A stretch of 48,896 nucleotides of DNA. Origin: an uncultured Alphaproteobacteria bacterium (GTDB lineage: Bacteria; Pseudomonadota; Alphaproteobacteria; SHNJ01). Shown here in pieces: positions 43,187 through 48,896 of the stretch (position 1 is its first letter; every line of letters starts with the position of its first letter). Position numbers and translations under genes: made by a program. The stretch covers positions 1 through 48,896 of the forward strand of contig CAYRVJ010000001.1 of assembly GCA_964427785.1 (NCBI GenBank). Reading direction: 5' to 3'. Under the pieces are notes generated by a model, which did not search any database, had not been told where the DNA came from, and was given only the letters and a program-made list of their open reading frames with translations.

Positions 43187-44509
43187 ATGACCGAACACAA
43201 AATTCTGCAAGAACAAATTATTTATCAGCCGCCTGCGGCGTTGCGACCGCATCCGCAAAATCCGCGCAAGCATAGCGATAAACAAGTTGCGAAAATCGCG
43301 GCGAGTATTCGCGAGCATGGATTTGCGGTTCCGATTTTGACGGACGATAAAAATCAAATCATCGCCGGGCATGGACGGTTGATGGCGGCGCAGCGGCTGG
43401 GGATGGGGGAAGTACCGACTATCCGCGTCGGCCATTTGACCGAAGCGCAAAAGACCGCGCTGATGATCGCCGATAATAAATTGACGGAATTGGCGGATTG
43501 GGATTTTGAAAAACTGGCGGTTCATTTTGAAGATTTGCTGCTGCAGGATTTCGCGGTCGAATTGACCGGATTTTCGACGGCGGAAATCGATTTGATGCTC
43601 GATCCGCTGGAGCCTGAAAAAGAAGATCCGGTGCCGTTGCCAGATCCGAATCGACCGGCGGTATCGCGGTCCGGCGATCTTTGGCTGCTTGGCGAGCACC
43701 GGCTTTATTGCGGCGATGCGGCTAAGCCCGAAAGCTATTCGGAGTTGCTGCAGGGCGAGAAGGCGCAAATGGTTTTTTCCGATCCGCCGTACAATGTTCC
43801 GATTGACGGGCATGTGTGCGGCGCGGGGCGGATCAAGCACCGGGAATTCGCGCAGGCGTCGGGCGAAATGACCCCGGCGCAGTTTACGGTTTTCTTGCAA
43901 ACTATATTTCAAAACACGGTGGCGCATTCCGCCGACGGAGCGATCCATTATTATTTCATGGACTGGCGGCACATGCAGGAAATTTCGGCGGCGGGCGCGG
44001 CGGTTTTCGGGAAGCTGAAACAATTATGCGTATGGAATAAAGACAACGCCGGGATGGGGACGTTTTACCGCTCCAAACATGAGCTGGTGTTTGTTTTTAA
44101 AAACGGTGACGCGCCGCATATCAATAATTTCAAGCTCGGTGAGGAAGGCCGGTATAGAACCAATGTTTGGGACTATGCGGGCGTGAACACGATCAAGCGC
44201 GACCGGATGGAAGAGCTAGAATTGCATCCGACCGTCAAGCCGGTGACGCTGGTGGCCGATGCGCTCCGCGATTGCTCGAAACGGGGCGGCGTGATCCTCG
44301 ATCCGTTCTGCGGCAGCGGGACGACCATCATGGCGGCGGAAAAAACCGGGCGGCGCGGCTATGCCATCGAAATCGACCCGCTATATGTCGATACGGCGGT
44401 TCGCCGCTGGCAGGAAAAGACCGGAAAGCAGGCGGCGTTGGCCGGAAGCGGGCAAAGTTTCGATGAAATAGAAAAATCAACAGCCGAGGGCACGAATGAC
44501 GGACGATAA
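43187..44509 (+). CDS. ParB-like nuclease domain fused to an N6/N4 DNA methyltransferase (phage type)
   Basis: The N-terminus LRPHPQNPRKHS...IIAGHGRLMAA is a ParB/Srx-like domain. The methylase motifs SDPPYN and DPFCGSGTT are present. Confidence 0.85.
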   Translation: MTEHKILQEQIIYQPPAALRPHPQNPRKHSDKQVAKIAASIREHGFAVPILTDDKNQIIAGHGRLMAAQRLGMGEVPTIRVGHLTEAQKTALMIADNKLTELADWDFEKLAVHFEDLLLQDFAVELTGFSTAEIDLMLDPLEPEKEDPVPLPDPNRPAVSRSGDLWLLGEHRLYCGDAAKPESYSELLQGEKAQMVFSDPPYNVPIDGHVCGAGRIKHREFAQASGEMTPAQFTVFLQTIFQNTVAHSADGAIHYYFMDWRHMQEISAAGAAVFGKLKQLCVWNKDNAGMGTFYRSKHELVFVFKNGDAPHINNFKLGEEGRYRTNVWDYAGVNTIKRDRMEELELHPTVKPVTLVADALRDCSKRGGVILDPFCGSGTTIMAAEKTGRRGYAIEIDPLYVDTAVRRWQEKTGKQAALAGSGQSFDEIEKSTAEGTNDGR

Positions 44510-44885
44510 TAACGACGAATATCAGGTTGGCTATGCCAAGCCGCCGAAAAATACCCAATTCCAGCCCGGTAAAAGCGGAAACCCGAAAGGCCGTCCAAAG
44601 GGCGCGAAGGGGATTGCCACCGTCTTTATGGAAGAGGCGAATCAGAAGGTTTCGATCAAAATCGGCGATAAAACCGTGAAAATCACGAAATTGCAGGCGA
44701 CCGTGAAGCGGCTATTCCAGCAAGCGCTGGAGGGTAAGCCGCACGCCATCGCCCGTATTACCGAGATGGCGCGGGTTATCGAGCCGCAAATGGAACAAAA
44801 GCCGGATCAGGCCTTGTCGGCGGACGATCAGAATATTCTTCGCGAATATGTAAAGCGGCAAATGCAGGACGGCGTCGATGGTTGA
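44496..44885 (+). CDS. DUF5681-like phage protein (small-terminase position)
   Basis: GYAKPPKNTQFQPGKSGNPKGRPKGAKG is the N-terminal signature. It lies immediately upstream of, and overlaps, the large terminase gene. Confidence 0.65.
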   Translation: MTDDNNDEYQVGYAKPPKNTQFQPGKSGNPKGRPKGAKGIATVFMEEANQKVSIKIGDKTVKITKLQATVKRLFQQALEGKPHAIARITEMARVIEPQMEQKPDQALSADDQNILREYVKRQMQDGVDG

Positions 44886-46344
44886 CAAAAATTTATTGAA
44901 CACTTTATTGCGGTCGGATTTCCCGGCGTTTGTGCAAAAAGTATTTTGCACCCTAAATCCCGGTGCGGAATTTATTCCTAGCTGGCATATCGAGGCGATA
45001 TGTGAACAGCTTATGCGGACGCAAAGGGGTGAATGCCGCCGGTTGATTGTCAATCTGCCGCCGCGCGCATTGAAATCCACCATCATCGCGGTGGCATTCC
45101 CGGCTTTTTTAATGGCCTTGAACCCGACTGTCAGGATTATCGTTGCCAGTTACAGCGACGACCTTGCGCGGAAATTGGGGCGGGATTTTCGCGCCATCGT
45201 GAAATCGGTTTGGTATCGCGAGGCGTTCCCCGCCATGGCCGCTGCTCCTAGAAAAGATTCGGAAGGAGAATATGTGACCGCTGCGCACGGGTTCCGGCTG
45301 GCGGCTTCCATCGGCGGCACCTTGACCGGCCTCGGCGCGGATGTTTTGATCGTGGACGATCCGATCAAAGCGATCGACGCATCGTCGGAGGCCGAGAGAA
45401 ATAAGGTCAACGATTGGGTTCACGGCACCTTGCTGAACCGCTTGGACAAGCCCGAAGGGGTTTTGATTGTCACCATGCAACGCTTACACCAAAACGATTT
45501 AAGCGGATTTTTGCTGGAAAAGGGCGGATACGACCATTTGAAAATTCCGGCCATTGCGCTGGATAACGAACTCGCATTCGCGCTGGGCAATGGCAGAACT
45601 TATCGGCGGCGTAAAGATGAACCCCTAGAGCAAAATCGTTTCGGATTTGAGGATTTGGAAAAACGGCGGCATGAAATCGGTTCAATCTTGTTCAGCACGC
45701 AATATCAGCAGGAGCCGTTGCCGGAAGGCGGCAACATATTCAAAACCGAATATCTGTCCCGCCGGTATAAACAATCCGAATGCCCGTCCGGCTATGTCGT
45801 CATAAGTTGGGATACGGCAGGAGGAAAAACCGGAGCCAATAATAGCTATTCGGCGGCTACCGTCTGGAATGTCGTGGGCAACGAATATTATTTGATGGAT
45901 GTGGTTCGCGGGCGGTGGGAATTCCCCGACTTGTTACGCCAGATTGACGATCTTGCCCGCCGTTACAAAGCGGGGCATGTCTTGGTCGAGGATACCATGC
46001 TCGGCATGGGACTAATACAAGATTTAAAACGTAACGCTGTCTATGACATTATTCCTATAAAGCCAGATCAGAACAAAATTATGCGGGCGCAGATTTGTAC
46101 AGGCACATTCGAGGCAGGCCGGGTGTGGTTGCCGGAAGATGCGCCGTGGCTGGCGGATTTCCTGCTTGAATTGTCGGGGTTTCCGAACGCCAAATTCGAC
46201 GATCAGGTCGACAGCGTTACGCAGTTTATAAATTGGGTTAAGGAACGCAATACGATGGAATTGCCGTGCGTCGACTCCTTCGTTGTTGGCCCCTATGATA
46301 TCTATGAAGAAGCAGGGGACGACGAATTCAGCTTTTTAGCCTAG
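44878..46344 (+). CDS. terL: Phage terminase large subunit
   Basis: Walker-A-like region (VNLPPRALKSTI), Walker B (LIVDDPIK), and a C-terminal RNaseH-like nuclease region (ISWDTAGG..., VLVEDT, FDDQVDS). Confidence 0.8.
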   Translation: MVDKNLLNTLLRSDFPAFVQKVFCTLNPGAEFIPSWHIEAICEQLMRTQRGECRRLIVNLPPRALKSTIIAVAFPAFLMALNPTVRIIVASYSDDLARKLGRDFRAIVKSVWYREAFPAMAAAPRKDSEGEYVTAAHGFRLAASIGGTLTGLGADVLIVDDPIKAIDASSEAERNKVNDWVHGTLLNRLDKPEGVLIVTMQRLHQNDLSGFLLEKGGYDHLKIPAIALDNELAFALGNGRTYRRRKDEPLEQNRFGFEDLEKRRHEIGSILFSTQYQQEPLPEGGNIFKTEYLSRRYKQSECPSGYVVISWDTAGGKTGANNSYSAATVWNVVGNEYYLMDVVRGRWEFPDLLRQIDDLARRYKAGHVLVEDTMLGMGLIQDLKRNAVYDIIPIKPDQNKIMRAQICTGTFEAGRVWLPEDAPWLADFLLELSGFPNAKFDDQVDSVTQFINWVKERNTMELPCVDSFVVGPYDIYEEAGDDEFSFLA

Positions 46345-46536
46345 GTCTTTCTCGGCGTCTTTCAAAAGCGCGGATGTTTTTATTCCCAGCGCCTTGGCGA
46401 TTTTAATCAAAACGAACAGCGAAGGTTTGCGCAGGCCACTTTCGATATGGCTGACGGCGGTGCGGTGGATTCCGGCCATGGCGGCGAGCCGTTCATGCGA
46501 TAATTTTCGTGCTGTACGATGGCGTTTTACAGCCAT
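46336..46536 (-). CDS. XRE-family helix-turn-helix regulator
   Basis: 66 aa. KLSHERLAAMAGIHRTAVSHIESGLRKPSLFVLIKIAKALG is a canonical Cro/C1 HTH. The start at 46536 with GGAAAG upstream is preferred over longer versions. Confidence 0.75.
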   Translation of the reverse strand: MAVKRHRTARKLSHERLAAMAGIHRTAVSHIESGLRKPSLFVLIKIAKALGIKTSALLKDAEKDLG

Positions 46537-46644
46537 ACTCACGCTTTCCACCAGGTTTTCCGCGTATTTGTCCCTCATTCGGTTGATTTTATGGGGAAAT
46601 GCGTTTATGGATACGTTACAGTTGTAACGTATGGAGGCTGGGCG

Positions 46645-47322
46645 ATGCGGCATAATTATGTGGGGGATATAGGCGATTTTTACAAATACCGTCTGTTACG
46701 GGAGCGGAGCGGTTTAACCGGCAACGGACCGCAACGTAAACTGGGCGTGGTATGGTATTTGAACGAAGCGCCGTGCAAGCCTACCGACGGCAACAATCTT
46801 CATTATTTGAAACCGGAGAATGCCGGAAAATGGAAAGGCCAGGATGAGAATCTTTTTGCGGTTCTGAACGATATCGTGCAAAAAGGTAAACGGCATATTG
46901 CAGAAATCGAGCGGTCGGGAATTTTAGGAAAAGCCGCGCGGTTTTACGATGCGCCGTTGCCATGCTTCGATTCGGAAAAAATGAAGAAGGCGGATTATAT
47001 AAATGCCAGGGCGCGATGGGTTCAAGGCGCGCTCGACGCCACGGCGGGCTGCGATTTGGTTTTTTTCGATCCTGATAACGGGCTGGAGGTTAAATCGAAC
47101 GCTATCGGGACCAAGCAAGCGGTTAAATATACTTATTTTGACGAATTGAAGCCCTTCATCGCGCGGCGACAAACGTTGATAATTTACCAGCACCAAATCC
47201 GCAAAAAATTGGACATTTACATCGAAGAAAGAAAGCGCCAAATCAAAGAACATTTAGGTGCTGAATTGGCCCTGGATTGCCAGGTTTTCGGCAGCAGAAT
47301 GTTTTTCATAATAAGCCCATAA
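46645..47322 (+). CDS. Hypothetical protein (225 aa) divergent from the XRE regulator
   Basis: GGAGG RBS 7 nt before ATG 46645. Motifs are GDIGDFYKYRLLR at the N-terminus, VFFDPDNGLE mid-protein and LIIYQH. No family is confidently recognised. Confidence 0.6.
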   Translation: MRHNYVGDIGDFYKYRLLRERSGLTGNGPQRKLGVVWYLNEAPCKPTDGNNLHYLKPENAGKWKGQDENLFAVLNDIVQKGKRHIAEIERSGILGKAARFYDAPLPCFDSEKMKKADYINARARWVQGALDATAGCDLVFFDPDNGLEVKSNAIGTKQAVKYTYFDELKPFIARRQTLIIYQHQIRKKLDIYIEERKRQIKEHLGAELALDCQVFGSRMFFIISP

Positions 47323-47384
47323 TATAGCGATTATTGACTTGATACTTCGGCCAAAGGAAGCGTGTATGGGCGAAAGGAGCCCAT

Positions 47385-47837
47385 ATGCCGGATTTGCATT
47401 CATTGGATCATAAAATTGCTGACTTGAAAAAATGGGATCGTGTGGAGCTGATCGAGGAGTGGGAATCGCTCTGGAAGTTGAAGACGCCAAAGTCCATCAG
47501 CCGGGAATTATTGATCCGCAGCATCGTCTATAAATATCGCGAACAGGAACATGGCGGATTGCCCGTAGCGGTGCAAAAAGAATTAAACCACCTGATAAAA
47601 ATTTACCGTAAAAATCCAAACCAAAATCTCAAAAAAAGCCCACGCATTAAACCCGGCACCAAATTGATACGAATGTGGGAACAGGAAACCCACGAAGTGT
47701 TGGTGCTATCGGATGGATATCTGCACAAGGGCAAAACCTATCAAACCCTATCGCAAGTCGCGCGTCAAATTACCGGAACGCGCTGGTCTGGGCCACTGTT
47801 TTTCGGCCTGCGCAAAAACAAGGATGAAGCTGCATGA
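47385..47837 (+). CDS. DUF2924-family protein (recombinase-associated)
   Basis: AAAGGAG RBS. The C-terminus G..L.R.W....HEV.V...GY...G.TY.TLS.VAR.ITGTRWSGPLFFGL is the DUF2924 signature. The stop overlaps the recombinase ATG (ATGA). Confidence 0.75.
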   Translation: MPDLHSLDHKIADLKKWDRVELIEEWESLWKLKTPKSISRELLIRSIVYKYREQEHGGLPVAVQKELNHLIKIYRKNPNQNLKKSPRIKPGTKLIRMWEQETHEVLVLSDGYLHKGKTYQTLSQVARQITGTRWSGPLFFGLRKNKDEAA

Positions 47838-48896
47838 AAAAGACGCTGCATTGCGCCATATACACCCGTAAATCCTCGGAAGAGGGATTGGAGCAAGAGT
47901 TCAATTCGCTGCATGCGCAGCGCGAGGCCTGTGAAGCCTATATTAAAAGCCAAAAGCACGAGGGCTGGAAAATTCTGCCGGAGCATTACGATGATGGCGG
48001 ATTTTCTGGCGGGAATATAGAGCGTCCCGGGTTAAAACGGTTATTAGATGATATCGCGGCGAAGAGAGTCGATATCGTAGTGGTCTATAAGGTCGACCGC
48101 CTGACGCGTTCGTTGAAAGATTTTGCGCGGATCATTGATGTGTTCGACAAGGCCGAAGCGTCCTTTGTCTCAGTAACGCAGCAATTCAACACGACGACTT
48201 CGATGGGGCGACTGACCCTCAATGTGCTGCTATCCTTCGCCCAGTTTGAGCGGGAAGTGACCGGAGAACGTATTCGAGACAAAATCGCCGCCTCGAAGGC
48301 CAAAGGCATGTGGATGGGCGGTATGCCGCCGCTAGGCTATAAAGCGGTTGATAAGAAGCTGGAACCGCAGCCGGAGGAGGTTAAAGTCGTCCAGTTTATA
48401 TTCGAACGGTATGCGCAGTGCAGAAGCGTCGATACAGTTAGGCAGGAGCTAAATGAGCGCGGCTATGTCACCCGAATGAACCAATCCGGCAAATGGTGGC
48501 CTGGTCCGATCAATAACATTCTAAGAAATAAGCTCTATATCGGCCTTATCGTACATAAGGACAAAGAATACCCGGGATTACATAAAGCAATAATTCCCAA
48601 TGAGTTATGGAATAAAGTTCATAAGTCGATAGAAGAGAATAGACAAAGCCAAATTAATGCCCGTATCAATAGCCCTTCGCTTCTGATGGGCATAATTTTT
48701 AATAAGAATGGCCATCCCTTGACGCCAGTAACTTCGCAAAAGGGTGCAGGACTGCGCTACCGCTATTATCAAACCGCCATGGGCTATTTTGATCGTAAGA
48801 AGGGCCAGAAAGCCTTCGCCTGGAGGCAGATGATGTTTGAGGAAGGCAAATCTGTGGATGAAATCGGCAAGGAGTCTGGAGTATCAGGACGTTATG
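47834..48896 (+). CDS. Large serine recombinase (resolvase/invertase N-domain plus recombinase domain), 3'-truncated by the window end
   Basis: CAIYTRKSSEEG (catalytic Ser), VDIVVVYKVDRLTRS and SVTQQFNTTTSMGRLTLNVLLSFAQFEREVTGERIRD are present. The frame is open from 47834 to the last base. It is absent from the ORF track because no stop is reached. Confidence 0.85.
   Translation, partial: MKKTLHCAIYTRKSSEEGLEQEFNSLHAQREACEAYIKSQKHEGWKILPEHYDDGGFSGGNIERPGLKRLLDDIAAKRVDIVVVYKVDRLTRSLKDFARIIDVFDKAEASFVSVTQQFNTTTSMGRLTLNVLLSFAQFEREVTGERIRDKIAASKAKGMWMGGMPPLGYKAVDKKLEPQPEEVKVVQFIFERYAQCRSVDTVRQELNERGYVTRMNQSGKWWPGPINNILRNKLYIGLIVHKDKEYPGLHKAIIPNELWNKVHKSIEENRQSQINARINSPSLLMGIIFNKNGHPLTPVTSQKGAGLRYRYYQTAMGYFDRKKGQKAFAWRQMMFEEGKSVDEIGKESGVSGRY

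Noticed and set aside
43157-44023. 288-aa minus-strand ORF, extremely Arg-rich
   Set aside because: It lies entirely antisense to the well-supported ParB-methyltransferase gene. Its Arg-rich, low-complexity composition is typical of a shadow ORF in GC-richer DNA, and it has no RBS or motif.
1-48896. CRISPR arrays, rRNA, tRNA, transposase genes
   Set aside because: I found no regularly spaced short direct repeats, no rRNA- or tRNA-like segments, and no transposase-like ORF. The only repeats are the ~430-bp family described above.

Overview
This is a bacterial chromosomal segment with Gram-negative (proteobacterial-type) gene content. It is moderately AT-rich and organised as a mosaic of five parts. 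(1) 1-5.1 kb is an AT-rich accessory stretch. It holds a truncated csbD, a HEPN/AbiU2-like ORF, two divergent RDD-family membrane paralogs and a proline-rich, probably disordered protein, interspersed with copies of a ~430-bp hairpin-rich repeat. (2) 5.2-30.6 kb is an anaerobic-respiration module. It contains moeB-rhodanese, a moaA / moaC-mog fusion / moaD / moaE / mobA operon behind a candidate Moco riboswitch, two CRP/FNR regulators, pdxH-nnrS, fused narK, narG, narH, a small Cys-rich ORF, narJ, narI, ppiC, moeA, a YVTN beta-propeller protein and nrdDG. Six perfect 14-bp FNR-type palindromes sit in or next to this module's intergenic regions. (3) 30.6-35.8 kb is the most unusual part: an FNR-box-preceded, translationally coupled six-gene operon. 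Its genes are a xylose-isomerase-like TIM barrel with a large insertion, a LuxS homolog, a DHQS-like sugar-phosphate cyclase, a UbiG-like methyltransferase, an atypical UbiA prenyltransferase and a TM-anchored basic protein. It resembles the ebo cluster but does not match it. I propose it is an anaerobically induced pathway to a prenylated, methylated cyclitol- or quinone-like lipid. (4) 36.4-43.1 kb is a copper-resistance island. (5) 43.2-48.9 kb holds phage-derived and integrative genes, ending in a large serine recombinase cut by the window edge. I saw no rRNA, tRNA or CRISPR array. All functional calls rest on motif recognition by eye, and no searches were run.
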